Source of the DNA: Octopus vulgaris
Taxonomy: Eukaryota
DNA length: 64,000 nucleotides
Assembly (NCBI GenBank): GCA_951406725.2
Contig: OX597814.1
Location: 182,218,001-182,282,000, forward strand
Reading direction: 5' to 3'
The stretch's first letter is position 1. The number at the start of each line of letters is the position of its first letter. Under the pieces are notes generated by a model that saw nothing but the letters and a program-made list of their open reading frames with translations, had not been told where the DNA came from and did no database searches. A program made the position numbers and the translations under genes. Below are positions 52,359 to 64,000 of the stretch, in pieces.

Positions 52359-52568
52359 TGTCAGTTATGATGAGGGTTCCAGTTCATATGCTCAACGGAA
52401 CAGCCTGCTTATGAAATTAACACGCAAGTGGCTGAGCACTCCACAAACACATGTGTCTTTAATGTAGTTCTCAGGAGATTGGGCATGACACAATGTGTTG
52501 CCGGGAACTGAACTCCTGACTCTACGATCATAAGCCAAATACACTAACTGCTAAGCCACACGCCTTCA
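52000..52568. mobile_element. Tail-to-tail inverted pair of family-D-related SINEs separated by (TA)n
   Basis: 52000-52320 (+) and 52360-52568 (-, internally deleted) are reverse-complement homologs. Confidence 0.82.
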
Positions 52569-55500
52569 CCCCCCACCCCACATAATATATATGCACATAT
52601 ATACACATAGACATACATACAAGCATACAAGGTATTCAGGTTAAATATGACAATTTTTTTTATGTGTGTGTGTGTGTGTGTGTAACAGAGACTACAATGT
52701 TGTGGCCAACAGGAAGGGACACAGCAGGCATTCTGACTGCATCTGCATGACAAAATTCATCCCCATATATTTGAATAAGGCCTTAGATTTAATTCATAGG
52801 GCTTTGTGAAACTACTAATGACTGTGGTTAATCTTTGGCTGCAGAGAGATGCTCTTGGAAAGCCATATTTATGGCAGCAGGATTTGGATCCTTGCCACAC
52901 ATCAGGAGTGAGTGGTTGTTAGAGAATTTCTACGACTTCACCAGTACCAATTTCTTATTTCTTTACTGCCCACAAGGGGCTAAACATAGAGGGGACAAAC
53001 AAGGACAGATAACGGGATAAAGTCGATTACATCGACCCCAGTGAATAATGGGTACTTATTTAATCGACCCCGAAAGGTTAAAAGGCAAAGTCGACCTCGG
53101 CGGAATTTGAACTCAGAATGTAACGGCAGATGAAATACCTATTTCTTTACTACCCACAAGGGGCTAACACAGTGAGGACAAACAAGGACAGACAAATGGA
53201 TTAAGTCGACGTAATCAAACCCAGTGCGTAACAGGTACTTATTTAATCGACCCCGAAAGGATGAAAGGCAAAGTCGACCTTGGCGGAATTTGAACTCAGA
53301 ATGTAGCAGCAGACGAAATACCTATTTTCTCTACCTTGTTTTACACCTATGTGCTTGCATGTATGTGTATATACATGTGTGAGTGTGTGTATGCATACAT
53401 GCATGTGTGTTCTAACAAGAGATCTATGTTAAGTTAAGTATAAAGATTATATTATGGTATTAATACCGATTCCATTGTTAATGATTAATTTCTAATAAAC
53501 CTGCTGGCTATTTGTGACATCAGTTCCTGAAAAGATGCTGATATTCTATATATCATAGCAGCAAGACCTGATTTGCTTTCATTGACTTGATGCCTCCCAC
53601 TGATGATTTCCAGTAGAATGAAATCACATGATATAGGAATTCCGGTGCCCATGACAGATGATTCACATCTGCTAAGATCTATGTCTGTGTTTTTATGCAC
53701 CAAGTGCCTATATGAGAGGGATTCTCAAGACTAATAACATAGTATTCAGTGATCTAGCAAGATATTCATGTTAATTTGGATTATATTTTGGGATCAATAT
53801 TGCTTCTGTTATTAATAATTAATTAATATATATATATATATATATATATATTGATAGAAATGGCAAGACAACAAATGAATGAAAGAGACCTCGATATTAT
53901 GTAAATAGAGAAATTTTATCTGTAAATATAATATGTGACAATTATTTGGAAGAGATGCTGGCGTGGGTTTCCACCCCGACATCCATAACTCAGAGTTTTA
54001 TCATGGCTACCGAATAATTGTCACATATATATGATTGATTGATTGATTCTAGTTTCAGCTTATGAGCTGTGGCCATGCTGGGGCACCGCCATTTTTAAAT
54101 ATATATATATTTATACTAAGGGCATTACTATACATAAATGCTTCACTCTACAAGGGACTCTTAAAGTCAAAACCACCATAAATTATATATATATATATAT
54201 ATGTATGTATAATATACACCCCACACACGTGTGAAGATATCTAAAGTGCTTGAAGAGTGCAACAGTGTGTCTGGATGATTTTTCGTTCATGTTTACATCA
54301 TAGTCAATAAACAAACCTATCAAGCTTGTATCTCTATTTATGTTGTTATGCTGACCCCAAAATAGCATTGTTTCATTTAGTACTGCAGTTTTAGGAACAC
54401 ATCAAAAAAAGGTTAACCAATGTACTGCTGTATACACAGGAACATGCACTAATTAACCACCATATACAAGGCCCAATGCCAAATATACTATCTTTAAGAT
54501 AACATGTCTGCACTAAAAGACACACACACACACACACAATGGACTTTTCTAATGATTTTGACCAATGGGCATCAAGCTCTTTGATCAACTGGACAACCTA
54601 ATTACTCATTGAATTAGCATGCAAAGTGTCTGGATATTCCACAGACATCAGCATTCTTTTAACATATTTCTTAAGCAGCAGAATTAGTGCAACACAGCCT
54701 GTGACAAGGCTGGACTTTGAATTACAGGTACAGTTCATAAGACAGGTTTCTTCACAGTTTCCACCTATCTAAATTTACTCACAAGACTTGGGGCAACCTA
54801 AGGCCATAGTAAAGGCATTTACCCAAGATGCCTCACAGTGGAATATAACTTTGGATTTCCTATGTCATCATCATCATTGTTTAACGTCTGTTTTCTGTGC
54901 TAGCACGGGTTGGACGGTTCAACCGGCGTCTGGGAAGCCAGGAGGCTGCACCAGGCTCCAGTCTGATCTGGCAGTGTTTCTACAGCTGGATGCTCTTCCT
55001 AACGCCAACCACTCCGTGAGTGTAGTGGGTGCTTTTTACGTGTCAGGGGAGGCTGGCAGCAGCCACGATCGGTTGGTGCTTTTTATGTGCCACCAGCACA
55101 GAAGATATGTGAAATGAATTTAACCACTCAGGTATGCTTGCATCCATATTTGCGTGTGTGTGTGTGTGTGTGTGTGTGTGCATGTGTGGGTGGAGGGGTG
55201 TTAATGACTTGACCTTTTCATCACAGATATTTCAGGTTATTGCATGTTCTCTCTATTAATTCATTTCTAAGCTTATTGCACATTTTGCTTCTTGTTTTAC
55301 CTCCAGGTTAAAGCCATTTGAGTTATGTCATTTGCTCAACGAGTCAATAACGTTTTTCTTTTCATCCAGTTACAAGCTATCAGGTCTTCTTTTATGGAGA
55401 GAGAAAATTGATAATTCACATTACCAACACAGCGAAGTGAAATGGAGATGTTATCATATGACTCACCAGCCTACAGCCTGATGCTATTTTAAATCAGTGA

Positions 55501-56199
55501 TTATGTTTGTTGTTGTTTTTGTTTTTCCTTGATCAAATTAATGAGGAACATAATATTTGTATTCTTTCTTTGCTAAAAGACAATAATGGCTATAAGACAA
55601 TTCTTCAGATTATCTCCCTGTTGGAAAGTGAACCTAGCAAAATCTAAGTACAAAATAATGAAGATAAATTATTTGATAAATAGTTATTTTTCTATCGTAT
55701 TCGAAATAGTGAGCTTGAATGATCATCAGTCGTGTGCAGTTAGAGAACATCTGCTAGTCATAAAGGATAAACACACACTATGGAAACAAATCCATATTGA
55801 AAATCAGTACTGAAATTTTAATGTTTTAACAAACACTTCCCTCAGTAACAGCTGTGGAAAAGGCAAATCAGATATCGCAAAATATAATGTCTAACATATA
55901 CAACAAATACATGGTATATACCAAGGTAATTTATATGACAGAAAGAAAAGAAAAAAAAACAACAAATAAACAAAACCAAAAAAACCCAACCTTTTCTGAT
56001 GTATAAAGCTAAAACTGGTTTCTGACTTTTGTACAAGGTCACTCACTGACTTATATAGAGCAGAGAGAAATGTGATTATGTGATGTACAGGCTTTTGTCA
56101 GAGACTTAGGAAATAAAAGTAAAGTGAAATGATTATAACTAGGAGCTGAAACTAGGTCATGTAAATGTTCACCATTAGCTTTCTTCTTGTTTGACTCAG

Positions 56200-56680
56200 G
56201 CATTTGCCATATTCTGAACACCTTACTTCCCTGGGCATGGATACATTGAAACTCTGACGTCTGGCAGCTGATATAGCAGACACCCATAAAATTATTAACC
56301 ATCTTACAAACAATAACTCTGAGTACCTTTTCAAACTCCACCTGTCTAACACCTGTGGACATGTTTACAAAGTTAGAAAATAGCACAGCTCCCATGACTT
56401 TCGGAAACATTTTTTCATGCTAAGAGTTGCTGAAGTATGGAACAAACTGCCAGCATCTGTTGTTAGTTGTCGGAGTACTGCATCCTTCAAAACTTCCATG
56501 CTTCCTGAGATTTGCCAACACTACACCTGATTTTCTCCCCTCCATACACACACAAGCATGTATCTGACTCATACACTGTTCACTTTCCAGTCATTTGTAC
56601 ATTACTGCATATGCTTTATACACACTTTTGACAAGTTGTGGTGCACCTGAGCACTGTATACAATAATTTCATTATTATTA
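56200..56680 (+). mobile_element. CR1/L2-like LINE 3' end
   Basis: HLPYSEHLTSLGMDTLKL*RLAAD..THKII ... GHVYK ... FFMLRVAEVWNKLP, ending in an (ATT)n tail. Confidence 0.75.
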
Positions 56681-58920
56681 TAGATATATTATAAGGAAAA
56701 AGAAACTCACTCAATTGATCGCATAGAAACACTTTTGACCATAACTCCCAACCAAAAGCCTGGATTCTCACAGATACACTGTCACCTTACTCTATCCTTT
56801 CCACTGCTACTTCAGAAACTTCTGCTTTGTAGACACGATTGACTTTATGTTACCTTCTTCAGGGATCAACTGAATCACTCATCTCACCTCCTGCCATTAC
56901 CCGTACTGTGCTAAACTTATCATTCTTGGCCTAAAAGTAACCCTTATCCCAATTCTTTCTCCTCTGAACATAATTTCCCTTGCCTAGGTTTTCCCTGAAA
57001 TTGTCAACACGATTTTGTTCAAGAATATCAACTACTTTGGTTTTAATGTCCCAGAGGGCCAGGAAAAGCCATAGTCACTGTTTCTTCCTCTAGGAATATT
57101 TTTTTTTAAAAAGAAAGATATTCCTAAGAGAGTCGCCATTAAATAGTTCCATCATTATCATCAGGAACTCAAGTATGATTTTCTGCCGAGTAAACAAACA
57201 TCTGTGCTTGATTTATTTTGAAACAGAAAAGCTGTTTGACAGATAAGGAGAAAATCACTTCTTTGCACAAAGAGATCAAACAGTATCATAAAGAGATAGA
57301 TAGCTAGAAAGAGAGATAGAGATAGAGGGAGACAGAGAGAGTGTCACTTTGAATGCCATTGCAGAATATTGTGCAAATGTCACCTTTTGCTTTGTTCCCT
57401 ATAACCATTAACAAGCATTTACATCTCAAGCAACACAAGATATGTTTACTCATGTCAGATACATTTTAAGAAATATATCATGAGTCTTTGAATTATATAA
57501 ACATTACAGAGTGTCTTACAAATGTAAGTACAGAGTATTGTTGTGCTACATATAACATATAACATACCCTACCCTTAGACGCCCTCTCCCAATGAAATAT
57601 TAATTATATTACAATTCAACAATAAAAACAACTGAAATATTAATTACATTATATTCTTTTTTACTTGTTTATTAAATTAAAATGAGACGATCTAAATTAC
57701 TTTCTGACAGTGACCTAATGGATAAGAGTCCCTATGACCCTTGCTTTAGTTTCTAGTTCATATCCAAATCAAATGCTTTTGTATACGCAAATTTTATTTT
57801 TATTAGCTTGTAAGTTTTTGTAGTTATTAATATAATACTTGTTATTATGTAATGATTTTCTTTTAACATTATGTAGTGTTATCAGTTTTTTTCTGATCAA
57901 GTACAGCAAAGAATATAACAGCTAATTTAAAGAATAAATTACTGTCTGATCTTATATACAACATCATCATTATCATCATCATTTAACGTCTGCTTTCCAT
58001 GCTAGCATGGGTTGGATGGTTCGACCAGTGTCTGGTAAGCCATGGAGGCTGCACCAGGTTCTAGTCTGATCTGACAGTGTTTCTACAGCTGGATGCCCTT
58101 CCTAATGCCAACCACTCTGTGAGTGTAGTGGGTGTTTTTTACATGCCACCGGCACAGGTCCCAATTTTTAATTGTATCAAATAACTTTCTCTTTTTCACA
58201 CACACACACACACACACACTCTCTCTCTCTCTCTCTCTCTCTCTGAGACTCTGAGCAGTGGATTACCAGACTTCTTAGAGTGACAGACAAAATGTTTTAG
58301 TTGCCTTGCTTTATGTTCTGAGTTCAAATCCTGCTAGAGTTAATTTGCTTTTTTCATCCCCAGGAAGTCAATACAAAAAATACTGGTTAAGTATTCGGTT
58401 AATGTAATCAACTATACTATTCCCTAAAAATGTGTGGGTTTGTGTTTATGTCACTAATCAACATGAAAATATGTAACAAACTTTAAAATACCTTATGTGC
58501 GTTAGCCCCTACTTAACTATATGTCCTTCATCCAGAAAACATCAGAAGGGAACTTTTCCCATGTCATTATTTTAAAATGCCAAACGATTAAAGGGTTTTT
58601 TCACTACAATCCACTAAATTCTCAGTTATTTTAAGGTCTTGTAAGAGTAAGACAATGTTTTACTGAACAGAGCAAAAAAGACAAAACATGTTTGAATTGT
58701 CATCATATTAACTGAAGATCAAACTCACTATCCTTCATTCAGCTTTTAACCAATTTGAATCTTGAAGTTATCTCCCTTGACTTTAAAATTAATTTTATCA
58801 TTGATGCTTATAATTTTTCCCCCCACTATGGTTGGGCTAGCAGAAATGTTAGCCTGTTGAACAAATGTTTTACAGCATTTCTTGTTGAAGCCAACTTTGC
58901 CTTTCATCCTTTCAGGTTGT

Positions 58921-59137
58921 TTAACCCTGGACATATCCGATCCAAATATTCTGCCTGTTTTGTGCTAAAACTGACCAGATCGGGCCTCTCATACCTACCC
59001 TGTAATGTTGTTCTAAAAATAAAACAATCATATCTTTGAAATATCAAAGCTGCAAGATAATACAGGATTAACTTTATAAAACGTGAATAAATAAGTATTA
59101 TATTAGACACAGAGTAATCTGAATGCTAAAGAGTTAA
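58921..59137. mobile_element. Second piggyBac-like MITE family (related reverse copy ~42090-42312)
   Basis: TTAACCC ... ctgaatgctaaagagTTAA; 42091-42312 has ctttagcattcaga ... aatgctaaaggaTTAA and similar internal sequence. Confidence 0.6.
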
Positions 59138-59285
59138 AGGGTTGAACATTGGGGTGGGGTGGGGGTGATGTAATCAGCTAACCCCACCCCATCCCACTAA
59201 AATTACTGGCCTTGTGCTAAAATTTAAAAAAAAAAGAAGAAAAATCATGGGTGTAATTGTAAAGGAAAAATATGACCACTACATA

Positions 59286-60133
59286 CAGGGTACAATGAAT
59301 AAACTCTCGTCTAAATTACGTAAAAATGAAAATAACACTGACATCTCATTTTAACAGATATATTTACCAAAATTACATAAAAATAGCTTGAAATACTAAA
59401 GAGTGAATTTATTCAATAAAATCGCCATTGGTTTCAACCACAGCCTCCAGAGAACTTTGGAATCTCCTGCAGCTCTTCTGGGTGGTCTCCTTGTTTAAGT
59501 TGGTGAATACTGCCATAATCTTTGCCTTCAGTTCATCTTTGGTGTTATAAGTTTTGTTGGTCTCTCACTCAACTGCACCCTACACATAATCTTGGGAGTT
59601 AGGTGGCTAAATGTTAGGGATGATATGGTTGCAGAAATTGTCTGACAGCCATAACTGTGCTCTCTTGCTTGTGTCGCATGGTGCAGAGTCCTGTTGCCAG
59701 ACATAGGGTATTCCAGCAACCACCCTCTTGACCCAGGGCAGCACTACCTCCTCCAGGCCCTTGATGTAGGCCTCTGTGTTGTGTCTGAGGCCATGTGGGA
59801 AGATGAATGGAGGCATAACATCGCCATCATTAGTGATCACCCTAAATACCCTGATGTTAACTGGATGTTTGATTTTTATCACTCTTGGTACATATCCTCA
59901 GATTGACACTCAAACACTCTGAAATGTTTGTACTGGAGTTTCTGGCATGAATGCCAAGCAGTACAGCATATCATTTCCAAATTTCTGGCAGAGTGAATTG
60001 TGTCATGTTGCTGTTTTTCTCACAGATGGTGCCCAACAGACCCTACTATACTGTGTAGTCAATAAAATCAAAAACAATGTGCATGTAGAAAATTAAAAAT
60101 ATAAAATGGTGACAATTTACCCATTGCACCCAG
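59286..60133 (-). mobile_element. Decayed Tc1/mariner element, probably maT (DD37D)-like, internally deleted
   Basis: ORF 59607-59882: GDVMPPFIF...EEVVLPW...YVWQQDSAP, followed by PPNS. TIRs cagggtacaatgaataaa / tttacccattgcacccag flanked by TA. Confidence 0.82.
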
Positions 60134-60753
60134 TATACTAGTTTCCATTTAAGTATATGTTCTTTACATAGAAGAAGGCTGCAAAATTTTCTTGTTATTA
60201 TCTCAATATTGTTATTTTTTAAACTTTATTTTATTTTATATAATTTATTTTACCAAAACCTTATATATTCTAAATCATTCTTAGGTCAGGTAAGAACCAA
60301 TAATTTTTATTCGCTCGCTATATTATGCTAAGTTTCACGTAAATATTTTATACATACAGACATACTATCTTACACACACACACACACACACAGACACACA
60401 CAGACACAGACACACACACACACACATATGACAAAATGTTGAGTGCATTAGTGACCAAAATGAAGGGAAATAAGTACACATGACAATGAAACCATATAAA
60501 GCACAGGAAACAAAACCAAAATAAAACGAATAAAAAGGCTTCCTTCATCTGCTATCATCTGAAGGTAATGGTAATTTTGCATCTAATAGCAGGACTGTTG
60601 CCATCCAATGGTGCCAACACCTACAAGAGAAATGCTACCAGGGAATAATGCAGACAAGTGGAGGCAAAAGCTAAGAACAGAGAAAATAGATTCTAGGCAT
60701 TCTGACGGAGACAAACAAAACACAGGACAATGTGTTCATGTGTATGTGTATTT

Positions 60754-60797
<44 letters not shown>

Positions 60798-61483
60798 ATG
60801 CACAGTATCTAACTATATTATATCTATCTATTTATATACATGTATATATATTCTTATACAACATTCTTGTACTTGTTTCAGTCATTTTGACTGTGGCCAT
60901 GCTGGAGTACCACCTTAAAAGGTTTTTAGTTGAAGCAATCAACTTCAAGACTTATTCTTTGTAAGCCTAGTACTTATTCCATTGGTCTCTTTTGCTGAGC
61001 TGCTAAGTTAAGGGGACATAAACACACTGACATTGGTTGTCAAGTGATGGTGGGGTTACAAACACAGATACAAGGACACACACACAGATATATACATATA
61101 TGGCAGGCTTCTTTCAGTTTCTGTCTACCAAATCCACTCACAAGGCTTTGGTCAACCTGAAGCTATAGTAGAAGACACTTGCCCAAGATGCCACACAGTG
61201 GGACTGAACCCAGAACATTATGGTTGAGAAGTAAGCTTCTCATCACACAACTATGCCTGATATCATCATCATCATAATTTAATGTCCATTGTCCATGCTG
61301 GCATGAGTTGGACAGTCTGACCGGGCTGGCACACTGGAAGGCTGCACCAGACTCCAGTCTGATTTGACATGATTTTCTATGGCTGGATGCCCTTCCTAAT
61401 GCCAACCACTCCAAGAGTGTAATGGATGCTTTTATGTTCCACTGGCACGGGTGCTAATTTGTATGGTACCAGTATTTGCCAAA

Positions 61484-61626
61484 AGAGAAGCACACTCAAA
61501 GTTATAGAGAAGTAGATTATTTAGAGAATGTTAGTTAATGGCCCTAATTAGGGTCTGACAAGATGTGTGTAAAGCTAACCACTTTATGGACATGAAACCC
61601 CGGGTAAAGCTATGAACTGGCCATAA
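61484..61626 (+). mobile_element. Third copy of the 2.6-2.85 kb hammerhead-bearing element, with its tail inverted
   Basis: gggt-CTGACAA-g-atgt..taaag(ctaacca)cttta..acat-GAAAC-cccgg-GTA at 61551-61606. 61484-61523 resembles the reverse complement of 2809-2848. Confidence 0.6.
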
Positions 61627-64000
61627 ACATACATACATACATACATACATACATACATACATACATACATACACCCATACATATAATACTATAAATTGGT
61701 ACAGTATGGGCTTTTTAAGAAGGTGGATATAATTTAAGGAAGATTTGTTTACTATTTCCAGCAGGTAGAGTGACTGTCTTGTAACTTTTTAAACCTAATG
61801 AAAGTGTTACATATGTTGATGGTGTAAATAAAATTAAAGTAACAAAATATTATGTCTGTGACCTTTGGAAGATAAAAGTTGTTCTCCTTCAATAAAACTA
61901 TATTCTATAATGATTTCATAGCAGTGTTAATAGTATTAGTATTTGGGATTCTGAACAAGACACTTGAAAATATCTGTAACCAAGACATCAAGGCAATAAA
62001 ACTATTAATCACCACTTGTGACTTTTACGTCAATAGGGACACAGACAGGATCTATGTTGAAGCCTTATATTAATAGTATCTCCCAGCTAACATCTAATGA
62101 ACAATAAAAGATAAACAAGTACATTGTATATGTATTCTAAAGTGAAAATAACACAACCAAAGTTTGGGAAACTAACAAATAGATATTTTGAAAGATTTTG
62201 ACATCATAAAAATTTTATAAATTTTCAAGAGTATGTGAGATAATTCTTTTTTTGAAATGGAGGATCTTGAAGCACACATAAAACTTTAAATAATAGCATG
62301 TAAATATGGAGGTGAAAAGCTCTTTTGGACAGAAAAAGTCAAAGGCTACTCATTGGACACTTTTTCTATCCAAAAGGAATTTTCAAATGATATTCAATCA
62401 TTTATAGCTTTATGTGTACTTCAAGATCCACTATTCCAAAAATGAATTATTTTGAAAGTTGTAATAGTCCATGTGACTGGAGGGCAAAATCTTTGAGAAG
62501 AAGTACTCATAATATTGGCAAAAAATTATGTATAGGAATAAATCATGCAAGGTACATGACAGGAATACTTATTTCAAATTTTGGCATAAGGCCAGCAATT
62601 TTGTGGGAAGGGATAAGTCAATTACAATGACCCCGTGTTGAACTGGTACATATTTTATTGATCCTGGAAAGGATGACAGGTAAAGTTGATCTCAATGGAA
62701 TTTGAACTCAGAATGTAAAGATGGACAAAATGCCGCTAAGCATTTTGCCCAGCGTGCTAATGTTTCTGCCAGCTCGCTGCCTGGCGTGCTAATGATACTG
62801 CCAGCTCACCACCTTAGTACATGATAGGAATATTGATAGAGAGAAACTGTCTCTCTTGACCCTGAGATAGAATGATACACCAACTGTATTCAAGTACAGG
62901 AAAAACTTTGAAATACATAACTAATAAAACAGATGTGTGCCCCTAAACAACCATGCTGAAACCCCCCAAAAAAGAAAAAGTATTATTCTCTCTCTCTCTT
63001 TTACTCTTTTACTTGTTTCAGTCATTTGACTGTGACCTTGCTGGAGCACCACCTTTAGTTGAGCAAATCGACCCTAGGACTTATTCTTTATAAGCCTATT
63101 ACTTATTCTATCAGTCTCTTAGGCCGAACTGCTAAGTTACGGGGACGTAAACACACCAGCATCGGTTGTCAAGCGATGTTGGGGAGACAAACACAGACAC
63201 ACAAACATATACACACACATACATATATATATAGATATATACGACGGGCTTCTTTCAGTTTCCATCTACCGAATCCACTCACAAGGCTTTAGTCAGCCCG
63301 AGGCTATAGTAAAAGACACTTGCCCAAGGTGCCACACAGTGGGACTGAACCCAAAACCATGTGGTTGGTAAGCAAGCTACTTACCACACAGCCACCCCTA
63401 TGCCTATGGTATTATGCCATACCAGTTTATAACATTTCCTACACATTAACAACAGATACTCCTAAATGCGTATATGATACTAACTTGTCATTGTTTGCTC
63501 TGATAAACATAACAAAAGTACCACCCAAGATACTAAAATTCTATAGGAGCAGGCATGACTGTAGTTAAGAAGCTCATTTGATAACCACATGGTTTTGTAT
63601 TTAGTCCCAATGTATGGTACCTTGGACAAATGTCTGTTACTATAGCCAGGGGTTGCCCAATGTCTTGTGGATGTGTAGAAGCTAGTCATATGTTTATGTC
63701 TGTATGTATATGTGTATGTGTAGCTGTTTGTGTGTGTGTGTGTTTGTCTCATATTGCTTGACAAGCAATATTGATTTATGTCGCAGTAAATTAGCAGTTC
63801 AGCAAAAAGAGACCAATAGAATAAGTGCTAAACTTAAAATATGTATCAGGAGGGGAGGATCAATCTGCTCAAGTAGATTTTTTTATGTAATGCTCCAGCA
63901 TGGCCATAACCCAACGAACAAAACAAGTAGAGGATAAAAGGATGCATATGTTGTCGTCATTTTATTTCTTTCCAAACAAGTGTGGGTTGGATATGTAGCA

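Overview
AT-rich, CpG-poor eukaryotic DNA packed with microsatellites and SINEs. The repeat families look like those of Octopus (coleoid cephalopod); this is an inference from recognition, not a search. One protein-coding gene is supportable: a TBC1D16-like Rab-GAP on the minus strand, with two exons visible (22564-22868 and 8296-9640, joined in phase 0). I found none of its downstream TBC-domain exons, so they probably lie beyond position 1. The rest is intron or upstream DNA with at least four SINE families, three decayed Tc1/mariner elements, piggyBac-type MITEs and RTE/CR1-like LINE fragments. The most interesting signal is a set of short, often inverted and often (TA)n-associated elements carrying minimal type-I hammerhead-ribozyme-like folds. 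They belong to several unrelated families, resemble Penelope pLTRs or retrozymes, and include a head-to-head pair whose two copies are mutated at complementary positions. Also notable: a 197-bp decayed copy of part of the large exon fused to a SINE head, an open frame upstream of the conserved Met, and a perfect 5x124-bp array inside a SINE. Repeat boundaries were read by eye and are approximate.
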